From: an uncultured Clostridium sp. | GTDB lineage: Bacteria; Bacillota; Clostridia; TANB77; CAG-508 | Assembly (NCBI GenBank): GCA_946496575.1 | Contig: CAMMHE010000001.1 | Span: 42,511-106,510, forward strand | Direction: 5' to 3' | Length of the DNA: 64,000 nucleotides | In this document: one piece after another, positions 44,027 to 54,597 of the stretch | How positions within the stretch are numbered: position 1 is the stretch's first letter | Layout of the letters: each line of letters begins with the position of its first letter | Program-made: the position numbers and the translations under genes | Notes under the pieces: generated by a model | The model's database searches: none | Told to the model about the DNA's origin: nothing | Seen by the model: the letters and a program-made list of their open reading frames with translations, nothing else

Positions 44027-45115
44027 ATGGAAATGAAAGATTTAACAATAGAAGAAAAAATAGGACAAATGATTATGATAGGCATGGACACAAATTATAT
44101 AACAGATAGAATAAAAACAATGATATTAAAATACAAAATTGGAGGAATAATTTTATACAGAAAAAATTTCAGCACATATAAAGAAATGATAGAACTAATA
44201 GAGAAGTTAAAAAAATTAAACCAACAAAATAAAATTCCACTTTTCATATCAATTGACCAAGAAGGTGGAAGAGTTAATAGAATGCCACCAGAGATAAAAA
44301 ACTTACCATCAGCAAATCAAGTAGCAATAAATGGAGGAAAAGAGGAAGTAAAAAAATCTGCTAAAATCACAGCTGAAATACTAAAAAAATCCGGATTTAA
44401 TGTGAATTTTGCACCAGTATTAGACATAAAAAGATTCAAAGATATACATCCATTAGGAGATAGATGTTATGGAGAAAATAAAAATGAAGTAGCTGAACTT
44501 GGAATAGCGGCAATGCATGAAATGCAAGAACAAGGAATAATATCAGTTATAAAACATTTTCCTGGGCATGGAGCTACCAATCAAGATTCGCATACATTTA
44601 TACCAATAATAAAAACAAAAATGGAAACATTAGAAAAAGAAGATATGTATCCATTTGAGGAAGCTATAAAAAATGGTGCAGATGCAATATTAGTAGGACA
44701 TTTATTAATAAGGGATTTTACAGGAATATATCCAGCATCATTATCTAAAAAATTTATATCAAAATATTTAAGAAAAAAATATAAATATAATGGGGTAATA
44801 TTTACAGATGATTTAAAAATGAGAGCAATAAAACTTATATATGGAGCAGACTTATCAGTAAAAAAAGCATTTGAAGCTGGGAATGATATAATAATATTTA
44901 GATTCAACAAAGAGCAAGAAAAAAGAGTAATAGAAAACATTATAAATCTAGTAAAAAAAGGAAAAATAAACCAAGGTAGAATAAATAGAAGTGTAAAAAG
45001 AATAATAAAATTAAAACAAAAATATAAAATTTCAGATAATGAAGACATACAGCAAATAGATATAAAAGAAATAAACAATCAAATACAACAAATTAGAATT
45101 AAATGCAATTTATAA
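44027..45115 (+). CDS. nagZ: beta-N-acetylhexosaminidase (GH3, NagZ-like)
   Basis: KIGQMIMIG...ISIDQEGGRVNR...KHFPGHG GH3 motifs. Confidence 0.75.
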   Translation: MEMKDLTIEEKIGQMIMIGMDTNYITDRIKTMILKYKIGGIILYRKNFSTYKEMIELIEKLKKLNQQNKIPLFISIDQEGGRVNRMPPEIKNLPSANQVAINGGKEEVKKSAKITAEILKKSGFNVNFAPVLDIKRFKDIHPLGDRCYGENKNEVAELGIAAMHEMQEQGIISVIKHFPGHGATNQDSHTFIPIIKTKMETLEKEDMYPFEEAIKNGADAILVGHLLIRDFTGIYPASLSKKFISKYLRKKYKYNGVIFTDDLKMRAIKLIYGADLSVKKAFEAGNDIIIFRFNKEQEKRVIENIINLVKKGKINQGRINRSVKRIIKLKQKYKISDNEDIQQIDIKEINNQIQQIRIKCNL

Positions 45116-45195
45116 AAAGCATCACTCCTCAACAAACTATACTGCATAAAAATATAAAAATATAAGCATAATAGTATAAAATGGGAGGAACAATG

Positions 45196-46725
45196 ATGTT
45201 AGAATCAATATGGATACAAAATACAAAAAACACTCAAGAGTATAATAAACTAGAAAAAAATATAGAAACAGAGGTATGTATAATAGGTGCGGGAATATTT
45301 GGCTTATCAACAGCATATTACCTTACACAAAAAGGAATAAATGTAACAGTAGTGGAAGCAGAAAAAGACATAGGATTAAAAACAAGTGGAAATACAACAG
45401 GAAAAATTACAAGTCAACATGGATTATTTTATGATCATTTGATAAAAGACTTTGGAGAAGAATATGCACAAAAATATTTGAATGCAAATGAACAAGCAAT
45501 TAAAAATATAAAAAAAATAATAGATCAAAATAATATAGAATGTGATTTTGAATGGCAAGATAGTTATGTATATACAACAAATGAGGAAGAATTAAGTCAA
45601 ATCCAAGATGAAGTAAACGCTGTAAAAAAATTAGGACTAAATGCAGAATTTGTAACTCAAACGCAATTGCCCTTCAAAATAAAAGCAGCAATAAAATTTC
45701 CAAAACAAGCACAATTTGATAGTAGAAAATATATGTTAGGTCTAGCAAAACAAGTATTAGAAAAAAAAGGAAACATATTTACGAATACACGAGTAACCCA
45801 AATAGCTAAAAGTGTCAATAATTATTTATTAATAACAGAAAATGGAAACATAAATGCAAAAAACATCGTAATTGCATGCCATTATCCATTTGTAAATATT
45901 CCAGGATTTTATTTTACAAAAATGTATCAATCCACATCTTATGCATTAGTTGTGGATACTAAAACTGATTTATTTGAAGGAATGTATATAAATGTTAAAG
46001 AACCAATATATTCATATAGAACTGTAAAATATAATGGAAGAAAAGTCCTAATAATAGTAGGTGCAGACCATAAAACAGGAGAAGCAATTGAAAATAGTAG
46101 TAATTATGAAAAATTGGAAAAAGAAATAAAAAAATGGTATCCAAATTCAGAAATACTATTTAAATGGAATACAGAAGATTGTATAGGACTTGATAAAATA
46201 GCATATATTGGAGACTACTCTAATATAATGCCACATGTATATATAGGAACAGGATTTAAAAAATGGGGAATTACAACGGCAGATATAGCAGCAAATATAA
46301 TAACAGATAAAATAATTGGAAAAGAGAATGATTATGAAAAAATATTTAATAGTAAAAGACTTCATCCAATAAAAAATAGATGGGAAATGAAAAATATGAT
46401 AAAGCAAACGGTTAATTCATTTGCTTTCGAAAAATTTAAAATTCCAGTAGGAGATATAGAAGAAATACAAAATGATAATGCAGCAATTTTAGATATAAAT
46501 GGAACTAATGTGGGAATATATAAAGATACATCTGGAAATATATATGCATTAAAACCTGTATGCAGTCATTTAGGATGTCAACTAAAATGGAATAATTTAG
46601 ACAAAACATGGGATTGCCCATGTCATGGATCAAGATTTGACTATATGGGAAAAAATTTATATAATCCAGCAAATAAAGGGCTTGAACTTATAGACATTAA
46701 TGAATTAACGAAAGGAAAAATATAA
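45196..46725 (+). CDS. FAD-dependent oxidoreductase with C-terminal Rieske [2Fe-2S] domain
   Basis: CIIGAGIFGLSTAYYL (Rossmann FAD) and CSHLGC...CPCHGS (Rieske). Confidence 0.7.
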   Translation: MLESIWIQNTKNTQEYNKLEKNIETEVCIIGAGIFGLSTAYYLTQKGINVTVVEAEKDIGLKTSGNTTGKITSQHGLFYDHLIKDFGEEYAQKYLNANEQAIKNIKKIIDQNNIECDFEWQDSYVYTTNEEELSQIQDEVNAVKKLGLNAEFVTQTQLPFKIKAAIKFPKQAQFDSRKYMLGLAKQVLEKKGNIFTNTRVTQIAKSVNNYLLITENGNINAKNIVIACHYPFVNIPGFYFTKMYQSTSYALVVDTKTDLFEGMYINVKEPIYSYRTVKYNGRKVLIIVGADHKTGEAIENSSNYEKLEKEIKKWYPNSEILFKWNTEDCIGLDKIAYIGDYSNIMPHVYIGTGFKKWGITTADIAANIITDKIIGKENDYEKIFNSKRLHPIKNRWEMKNMIKQTVNSFAFEKFKIPVGDIEEIQNDNAAILDINGTNVGIYKDTSGNIYALKPVCSHLGCQLKWNNLDKTWDCPCHGSRFDYMGKNLYNPANKGLELIDINELTKGKI

Positions 46726-46938
46726 TTGTATAAAAAATATTAAAAAATTTGTCAAAAAGATTGACAATTAACCCTCTTTTTTGTATTATAGCAATATAAA
46801 TCATATATTTATATAATTAATTATTTGTTTATTGAACTAGATTTCTTCTTAACCAGTAATCTAGTTCTTTTTAAAGAAAAACTAATAATTATAAAGAAAG
46901 GAGAATTTCTAGAAAATAATCTAGAATAAAATATTAAA

Positions 46939-47610
46939 ATGGGAAAATTATTTGTAATTGATGGAACAGATGGTAGTGGTAAGCAAACACAATTTGAGAT
47001 GTTAATTAAAAGACTAAAGTTAGAAGAAATAAATATAAAAGTAGTCAGTTTCCCTAATTATGAAAGCGAATCATCATCACTTGTAAAAATGTATTTAAGA
47101 GGTGACTTTGGTGAAGATGCCAAACAGATAAGTCCATATATAGCATCTACATTTTATGCAGCAGATAGATATGCAACATTTAAAACACAATATGAAAGTT
47201 TTTACAATAATGGAGGTATAATATTGGCAGATAGATATACAACAGCAAATATTATACATCAAGCAGGAAAAATAAAAGATAAAGAAGAAAGAGAAAAATT
47301 CTTAAACTGGCTATGGGATTATGAATTTAATTTATATGGGCTACCAGTGCCAACAAAAGTATTCTTCTTAAATATGCCAACAGAATATGCTATTAAATTA
47401 ATGGAACAAAGAAAAAATAAAATAACACATGAAGACAAAAAAGATATACATGAAAGAGATTTTCAATATATGCAAGATTCATATAATGCAGCATGTGATT
47501 TAGTTAAAAAATATAATTGGTATGAAGTAAAATGTGTAAAAGATAATAAAATAAGAAGCTTAAATGATATTCATGAGGAAATTTATCGTGAAATTCAAAA
47601 ATACATATAA
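46939..47610 (+). CDS. tmk: thymidylate kinase-like (d)NMP kinase
   Basis: P-loop VIDGTDGSGKQTQ, …FYAADRYA…, …ILADRYTTANIIHQAG… pattern of the dTMP kinase family. Confidence 0.55.
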   Translation: MGKLFVIDGTDGSGKQTQFEMLIKRLKLEEINIKVVSFPNYESESSSLVKMYLRGDFGEDAKQISPYIASTFYAADRYATFKTQYESFYNNGGIILADRYTTANIIHQAGKIKDKEEREKFLNWLWDYEFNLYGLPVPTKVFFLNMPTEYAIKLMEQRKNKITHEDKKDIHERDFQYMQDSYNAACDLVKKYNWYEVKCVKDNKIRSLNDIHEEIYREIQKYI

Positions 47611-47639
47611 AAATTAAGTTTTACAAGCTTAAATAAATT

Positions 47640-48240
47640 TGTTATACTAAATATCGATGGTACATTATTCTAGTCATACTTACTATTATGAGGGTGGGGC
47701 TAAAAATCCACTAAAGGGCATATCGATGAAGTTTCTTGCTTACGCGCGAAATGCCAGTTTTGTGTGTATTCAGGAAGTAAGAACTACGGATAATATATAA
47801 TGGCATATATGTGATTCCGTATTTCGTGGAGGCTTAAGTAAAATTTAACTTAAGAAGAACCTATGGTGAGTGCCAAGACACGATATACATAGTGTAGCCT
47901 GCCTTGAGTGAAAATACTGGGATTAATTAATAGGTTTAAAATAAATATGGGCCCATATTTATTTTAAATAGAATTATGAAATTATTTTTGCAAAAGAGGA
48001 TAGTAATAGTTAAAAGTATGTTTGGGAAAACCTCTAGAATGTTTGCTCAATTTAGAGCATAGAAATTTAAGGATTAAGGTACGGATTTAAGTGGTGATCT
48101 AGTGGCTATCAAAAGATAGATATTTTCTTTAAATGGAAACGGCTTTGCAGTGATGTAAAGTAGAAAATAGAGAAATTCTACTAGACCTAAACCGTAAAAT
48201 TTACTTAAATTTTGACCATCTATTTTTAGTTTTTATTTAG
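47640..48240 (+). ncRNA. ole: candidate OLE (ornate large extremophilic) RNA, ~600 nt
   Basis: A 600-bp non-coding tract, conspicuously more GC-rich and non-repetitive than flanking intergenic DNA, directly upstream of a 4-TM DxxxD protein that resembles OapA; identity inferred from this arrangement, not verified by alignment. Confidence 0.4.
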
Positions 48241-48258
48241 AGGAGAGAAAAAATATTA

Positions 48259-48816
48259 ATGAAGATAAAAAAGGAAAGAAGTAAAAAATCAAATTCCAAT
48301 CTGAAATGGTATATAGAAGTTATAATTAGTACTTTTATATTATCCATTTTATTTTCATATATATCATCAAATGGGGTTTCAAATTTACCCATAATACCAG
48401 CAATATTAATTTTAGCTATAGTAATATTAATAGGAATAATAGCTGATATGATAGGTGTATCAGTAACAGTTGCAAAAGAGCAAGAATTTCATGCAAAAGC
48501 AACAAAAAAAGTAGAAGGCTCAAAAACATCTATAAGCTTAATTAAAAATGCATCAAGGGTTGCAAATATTTGTTCAGATGTAATAGGAGATATATGTGGA
48601 GTATTAAGTGGAGCAGTAGGAACTTTAATATCATTAAAAATTACTGAAAATATGGGAATATCAGAAAATATACAATATGTAGTAAGTGCCTTAATAGCAT
48701 CAGTAATGGTCGGAGGAAAAGCTGTTGGAAAAGAGATTGGAATAGCAAAAGATACAGAGATCGTACATGCAGTTGGAATAATAATAAATAAATTTAAGAA
48801 AAAGAAATATAAGTGA
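48259..48816 (+). CDS. oapA: small 4-TM membrane protein, OapA-like (OLE-associated protein A)
   Basis: 185 aa, four predicted TM helices, internally duplicated halves with DMIG and DVIGD (DxxxD) motifs; adjacent to the candidate OLE RNA. Confidence 0.45.
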   Translation: MKIKKERSKKSNSNLKWYIEVIISTFILSILFSYISSNGVSNLPIIPAILILAIVILIGIIADMIGVSVTVAKEQEFHAKATKKVEGSKTSISLIKNASRVANICSDVIGDICGVLSGAVGTLISLKITENMGISENIQYVVSALIASVMVGGKAVGKEIGIAKDTEIVHAVGIIINKFKKKKYK

Positions 48817-48986
48817 AAATTAATCACTTATATTTTTTATGCATATTAGTTTTATAAATATTCTAGCTTGTAAAAAATGTCGAAAAATTAGAAGTTGTAA
48901 AAAAATTAGAAAAACCCTTGCAATTTTAGAATAAATATAATATAGTGAATTCAATTTTTTAAAATGAGGGGGTGAAATAAAGGGGA

Positions 48987-49313
48987 TTGAAAACTTTTTT
49001 TGGAGGCATTTTTATTGAAACGAGTAAGCTTAAAGAAGAAGGAATAGAGTATCCAATAAAAGTAGAATATTATAAATTAAAAGATGAAAACAAAACAGAT
49101 AAAAAATATGGAATTAAAATAATAAAGAAAGAATTTAAAAATAAAATTATAGAAATTGAAACAAAAGAAATGAAATCGTTATCAAATGATGAATGCAAAA
49201 TTAATAGGATGTTAGAATTATTTAAGAAAAATGAAGTTACACCTATTTCGGCAGAAGAAATAATTGAAGACTTTTTTGGCAAAACACTTGCCAAATCTGC
49301 AAATTTCGTCTAG
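48987..49313 (+). CDS. hypothetical protein (TTG start uncertain)
   Basis: ORF only; no recognisable motifs. Confidence 0.3.
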   Translation: MKTFFGGIFIETSKLKEEGIEYPIKVEYYKLKDENKTDKKYGIKIIKKEFKNKIIEIETKEMKSLSNDECKINRMLELFKKNEVTPISAEEIIEDFFGKTLAKSANFV

Positions 49314-49333
49314 AATACAATAAGTATAAGAAT

Positions 49334-51358
49334 GTGGAGGAGAATATGGCAGATAAATTAATAATAGTAGAATCACCAGCAAAAGCAAACACAATAAAAA
49401 AGTTTTTAGGAGGTAATACAAAGGTAGTAGCCTCAATGGGACATATAAGAGATCTACCAAAATCAAAACTGGGGATAAACATAGAAAATAACTTTGAACC
49501 AGAATATATAAATATTAGGGGAAAAGGGGATTTAATTAAATCCTTAAAAAAAGAAGCAAAAGCAGCTAAAAAAGTATATCTAGCAACTGACCCAGACCGC
49601 GAAGGGGAAGCTATAGCATGGCATTTAGCACATATATTAGATATAAAAAACACAGAGGGAACAAGAGTTACATTTAATGAAATAACAAAAACTGCTGTTC
49701 AGAAAGCAATAAAAGAGCCAAGGGATATAGACAAAAATCTAGTAGATGCACAACAAGCCAGAAGGGTTTTAGATAGGATAGTAGGTTATAAAATAAGCCC
49801 AGTTTTATGGAAAAAGGTACAAAAAGGACTTTCAGCAGGAAGAGTTCAATCTGTTGCAGTAAAATTAATAGTTGATAGAGAAAAAGAAATTGAGAATTTT
49901 ATACCACAGGAATATTGGAATATATTTGCAACATTACAAGATGAGAAAAGTAAAAAAACATTTGAGGCAAAATTTTTTGGAAAAAATGGAAAAAAGCAAG
50001 AGCTTCATTCAAAAGAAGAAGTAGATTTAATACTAAAAGAAGTGGAAAAATCTAAATTTATTATAAATGAGATAAAAAGAGGTGAAAAAAAGAGAACACC
50101 AGCACCTCCTTTCACAACGAGTACAATGCAGCAAGAAGCATCAAGAAAGTTAGGATTTACATTAAAAAAGACAATGTCAATAGCTCAAAGTTTATATGAA
50201 GGAATACATATTCCTGAAAAAGGAACAATTGGTTTAATTACATATATGAGAACAGATTCTACAAGAATTTCGGAAGAAGCTAGAGTAACAGCTAAAAAAC
50301 ATATAGTAGAAACATATGGTGAAAAATATTATGAAAATAGATATTATAAAACAAATAAAGAATCACAAGATGCACATGAAGGAATTAGGCCAACATATTC
50401 TGATTTAGAACCAGAATCAATAAAAGATAGTTTAACAAAAGATCAATACAAATTGTATAAATTAATATACAATAGATTTATGGCAAGTCAAATGGCATCA
50501 GCAATATATGATACTATGTCAATAAATATAAAAGCAAATAATTATGATTTTAAAGCTAATGGTCAATCTTTAAAATTTAAAGGGTTCATGGCATTGTATG
50601 TAGAAGGAACTGATGGAAAAGAAGAAACCGAACAGGCTATATTACCTAATTTGGAAGAGAAACAAGAAGTAAATAAGCAAAAATTAGAACCAAAGCAAAG
50701 TTTTACAGAGCCACCACCAAGGTATACAGAAGCAAGTTTAGTAAAAGCTTTAGAAGAAAAAGGAATTGGAAGACCAAGTACATACTCACCTACAATAACA
50801 ACAATATTAGAAAGAAGATATATTGAAAAAGAGCAAAAACAATTAAAACCTACAGAATTAGGTAAAATTGTAAACAAATTATTAGTAGAAAATTTTGGAG
50901 ATATTGTAAATGTAGAATTTACAGCAAATATAGAAAATAAATTTGATGGAATTGCAGAAGGAAAACAACAATGGAAAAAAATAATAGAAGACTTTTATGG
51001 CCCATTTGAACAAGAGGTAGAGAAAGTTGAAAAAGAACTTGAACATGTTGTAATTGAACCAGAAGTATCAGATGTACAATGTGAATTATGTGGAAGAATG
51101 ATGGTTTATAAATATGGAAGATATGGAAAATTTTTAGCATGTCCAGGATATCCAGAGTGCAAAAATACAAAACCTATTATACAAACAATAGATATTTTAT
51201 GTCCAAAATGTGGAGGAAAAATACAAGTTCGAAAAACTAAAAGAAAAAGAAATTATTATATTTGCGAGAATAATCCAAAATCTTGCGATTATATTTCTTG
51301 GAACAAACCAGGAGAAGAAAAAAAGCCCAAAAAGCAAGAAAAAAAGGAAAAAAAATAA
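49334..51358 (+). CDS. topA: DNA topoisomerase I
   Basis: Toprim N-terminus (LIIVESPAKANTIKKFLG...), catalytic Tyr region, two C-terminal Zn ribbons (CELCGRMM...CPGYPEC; CPKCGG...C). Confidence 0.9.
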   Translation: MEENMADKLIIVESPAKANTIKKFLGGNTKVVASMGHIRDLPKSKLGINIENNFEPEYINIRGKGDLIKSLKKEAKAAKKVYLATDPDREGEAIAWHLAHILDIKNTEGTRVTFNEITKTAVQKAIKEPRDIDKNLVDAQQARRVLDRIVGYKISPVLWKKVQKGLSAGRVQSVAVKLIVDREKEIENFIPQEYWNIFATLQDEKSKKTFEAKFFGKNGKKQELHSKEEVDLILKEVEKSKFIINEIKRGEKKRTPAPPFTTSTMQQEASRKLGFTLKKTMSIAQSLYEGIHIPEKGTIGLITYMRTDSTRISEEARVTAKKHIVETYGEKYYENRYYKTNKESQDAHEGIRPTYSDLEPESIKDSLTKDQYKLYKLIYNRFMASQMASAIYDTMSINIKANNYDFKANGQSLKFKGFMALYVEGTDGKEETEQAILPNLEEKQEVNKQKLEPKQSFTEPPPRYTEASLVKALEEKGIGRPSTYSPTITTILERRYIEKEQKQLKPTELGKIVNKLLVENFGDIVNVEFTANIENKFDGIAEGKQQWKKIIEDFYGPFEQEVEKVEKELEHVVIEPEVSDVQCELCGRMMVYKYGRYGKFLACPGYPECKNTKPIIQTIDILCPKCGGKIQVRKTKRKRNYYICENNPKSCDYISWNKPGEEKKPKKQEKKEKK

Positions 51359-51365
51359 TTTCTAA

Positions 51366-51410
51366 TAAGAATCATTAGTAATATTGCTAGTGATTCTTAT
51401 TTTTGTTTTT
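51366..51410 (+). terminator. terminator after topA
   Basis: AAGAATCATTAGTAATATTGCTAGTGATTCTT followed by ATTTTTGTTTTT. Confidence 0.4.
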
Positions 51411-51497
51411 AAAAGAAGAAAAATTTTAAACTAGATAGGTAACTTCTTTTATTTTATTTACATAAAATGTAATAAGATAAATAAAAGGAGGAAAAAC

Positions 51498-52124
51498 ATG
51501 ATACTAGAAGTAAAAAACATTACAAAAAAATATCAGAATAAAGATGATGAAACAATAGCTTTAAAAAATATTACATTTGGAGTAAATCAAGGTGAATTTT
51601 TAAGCATTATAGGACCAAGTGGCTGTGGGAAGTCAACTTTGCTTTCAATAATAGCAGGATTGGAAACAAAAAATTCAGGAGAAATTTACATAGAAGGTAA
51701 AAAAGTAGAAGGAGATTCACAATTAATTGGATATATGCTTCAAAAAGATTGTTTATTAGAATGGAGAACTATATGGAGTAATACATTATTTGGATTGGAA
51801 GTAAAAGGTAAAAAAACTAAAGAAAATATGGAGTATGTAAAACAATTATTAAAAAAATATAATTTATATGAATTTAAAGATAAATATCCATCTGAATTAT
51901 CAGGAGGAATGAGACAAAGAGTAGCATTAATAAGAACACTTGCTATAAAACCTAAAATATTATTGTTGGACGAAGCATTTTCTGCATTAGATTATCAAAC
52001 TAGAATAATGGTCACAAATGATATATATACCATATTAAAAAAAGAAAAAATTACAGCAATAATTGTAACACATGATATATCAGAAGGGATATTCCAAAGT
52101 AGACACCAATTGAAAAATGCTTGA
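51498..52124 (+). pseudogene. ABC transporter ATP-binding protein (SsuB/TauB-like) truncated at its 3' end by island insertion; C-terminal 38 codons resume at 57669..57783
   Basis: Walker A GPSGCGKST, signature LSGGMRQRVAL, Walker B LLLDEAF, H-loop THDISE, then divergence; ...SEAISMSDKILVLSKRPAVV... found at 57669. Confidence 0.75.
52078..52086. repeat. 9-bp direct repeat TATCAGAAG (target-site duplication, left copy; right copy 57669..57677)
   Basis: Identical 9-mers at both junctions; both lie in the ABC ATPase reading frame (I-S-E). Confidence 0.6.
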
Positions 52125-52471
52125 GAGACGATTTGAATTCAAATTAATTTATGATTCTATAGTACGAAAAAGTAGAGAATTTTGAAGGTTTTTAGCTTAA
52201 AAAAATTCCCTACTTTTAAAAATAAAGAAACATTGATTTTTGGCTACTTACATAGATTTGATTCCCTACTTTGATGTGTCAAGGTAGGGATTCGATATCG
52301 AAAGATAGAGAATATTCTACCTTAAATGGACAGTTCATGGTGAATTTTTAGCAGTTATACATGGTTAAGAGTGGGATACAAGAAACTAGTTGAAAATTAT
52401 GTAAAATTATGCTAAAATATAATATGTAAGCAGTATGCTACAAATTTTGAAAATACAGGAGGATATAAGAC

Positions 52472-53095
52472 ATGAAATTGGAAGTTGTTTTCAAAGATGG
52501 AAGAAAGGAGACTTTCGACGGTGTCGCAAGTTTCAATGTAACAGAGGAAAAAACAGCAAACGAAGAATGCCATGCATATGATGTGGAACATACCCCAACA
52601 GAAGGAAAGCTTTTTGAAGTCAATCCTTTGAGAATCGACCGGAGCAAGTTTAAAATGTCTATGAGAGGCCGGAAGAAGGAATGGACACGGCAGATTATTC
52701 AGGAAGCATTTGCCGAAGTTGACAAGTATCCTGAAAAATATGCTTCCGCGTTCTATACCCTGATTCCGGCGAAAAAATGGAACGGTTTCAAAACTGTTGC
52801 GGAGCTCAATCAGATGGCTTGCAGATTGGGTGACCATAATGCAGATTGGGTCGAGCAAGCTTTAGAGTGGGCTCAGAGAATTTGCAATGGCGAAACCTGG
52901 GAAGATATCTGCAATAATGCAGATACAGCAAAGTGGTATCGAATGATTCTCTGGAAGAATGGATATTACCATCTTGTTGGCGGTTCGCGTGATTACTACA
53001 ATGTCGATCCGGCGTCTCACGTTGACGGCTACGGTTACTCTTCTAATCGCAGTATAGCCTACACTGTGCCGTTGGTTGTGCTTAAGAAAAAGTAA
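52472..53095 (+). CDS. hypothetical protein, compositionally foreign (GC ~50% vs ~28% background)
   Basis: 207-aa ORF with strong RBS AGGAGGATATAAGAC and AT-rich promoter TTGAAA-17-TAAAAT (52390..52418); codon usage and GC are very different from all neighbours. Confidence 0.5.
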   Translation: MKLEVVFKDGRKETFDGVASFNVTEEKTANEECHAYDVEHTPTEGKLFEVNPLRIDRSKFKMSMRGRKKEWTRQIIQEAFAEVDKYPEKYASAFYTLIPAKKWNGFKTVAELNQMACRLGDHNADWVEQALEWAQRICNGETWEDICNNADTAKWYRMILWKNGYYHLVGGSRDYYNVDPASHVDGYGYSSNRSIAYTVPLVVLKKK

Positions 53096-53195
53096 CACTG
53101 CCCACTGTTCCCCGTTTTCGAGAAAGCAAAATCCAAAACTAGGGAATATACTCGAATGAGTACATTCCCTTACATATAAAAAGGGGAAAAGTTAA

Positions 53196-53666
53196 ATGCC
53201 AAATAATGAGTTAATTATTATACCAAAAATAGAAAAATATATAGAATATATATTAACAATATTACTCAAATTACCAAGAACTGAAAAGTTTAGTATAGGT
53301 ACAGAAGTGAAAACAAGTATGTATAATATGTTAAAAAATATATTACTAGCAACAAAAATAGATAAAAGTAAAAGATTGGAAATTTACAATTTAGTAGATG
53401 TAGAAATATACTTTCAAAGAATTTGTATAAGAATAATGTACAACAATGGGTGGATAGATGATAAAAAATATAAATATAGTAATGAGTTATTAAGTGAAAT
53501 AGGAAAAATAATGCAAAGATTAATAGATGAAACAATTCAAGGTGGGTATAATTTTATTTTTGAAGGTACTATGGGAAAATCAGTCAGCATATTAGATAAA
53601 TTACAAGCATCAGAAAATAATTATGATATTATAGCGAGATTAATGGCTGTATCGAGAGAAGAATAA
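53196..53666 (+). CDS. hypothetical protein (possible four-helix-bundle-like N-terminus)
   Basis: ORF; ends at an in-frame TAA followed 12 nt later by the next ORF in the same frame. Confidence 0.35.
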   Translation: MPNNELIIIPKIEKYIEYILTILLKLPRTEKFSIGTEVKTSMYNMLKNILLATKIDKSKRLEIYNLVDVEIYFQRICIRIMYNNGWIDDKKYKYSNELLSEIGKIMQRLIDETIQGGYNFIFEGTMGKSVSILDKLQASENNYDIIARLMAVSREE

Positions 53667-53678
53667 AGATATTTAGAG

Positions 53679-54053
53679 ATGAGAAAAAGCATGGGAATGG
53701 GGAGACTAACTTCTATTAAAGCACATGATGATAGATATACAGGATTTACGAAAATTGCAAGAACTTTAGAAGGAAAGGGAGTAGAAACTGAAGTATATGA
53801 AAGAGGAACTATCCAAATAATACCACAATTAACATATAAAACATCTGGAGATAGAAATATCTATAGATCAGTTCATGAAGCATTAGTAAATGGAAGAGAC
53901 AAAAGTAGAAGAATATGTATGATAAGTGCACAAGCGAGATTAGATGATATAAATAAAGATGTTAAGTCATATTTGTCTGAAGATGATAAACTTGCAGAAG
54001 AACTACAAACATTAAATGATATAATATCAAGAGAGTTGGAAGAAGAACGATAA
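53679..54053 (+). CDS. hypothetical protein (R-x6-H HEPN-like motif RNIYRSVH)
   Basis: ORF in frame with 53196..53666. Confidence 0.3.
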   Translation: MRKSMGMGRLTSIKAHDDRYTGFTKIARTLEGKGVETEVYERGTIQIIPQLTYKTSGDRNIYRSVHEALVNGRDKSRRICMISAQARLDDINKDVKSYLSEDDKLAEELQTLNDIISRELEEER

Positions 54054-54597
54054 AAATTAAATTTTTAACTAATATAGAATTATAAAAAAGCTGTATTTTA
54101 TGATTATAATGAGTGTTTAAATTTTTTTGAAAAGAATAATAACTATAAAAATAGAAATAGATAAGGTTGTTTTAAGAGTAAAGAATTAAAACTTTGCTCT
54201 TTTTATTATGTAGTATAAAAAGTCAGATATTTTCTGATGTATGATAATTTGGATAAATAAAACTCTTCATATTAACGATTTAAATTATTAAAAACGGAAT
54301 AATAATATTTATAAAACATATAAATTGAATAAAAAAGTAGGAGAAAACTATGAATAAAACATTTAAAATAAACGTGTATTTTGATGAAAAAGGTGAAGAC
54401 TTACAAAAAATAATATCATATTTTTTAATTAATAAATTAGAAACCAAAGTAGAAAAATGATTGCTCAATATTTGAATTTATATAAAAATTATTTATAATT
54501 TAATTTAAATTCAAATTGTTTTTTATCAAGCATGAGTTTGTAAATTTTAAATTTGAAAAATTTTAAATTTATGATGAACGTAGTGAAAGGAGGAAGA

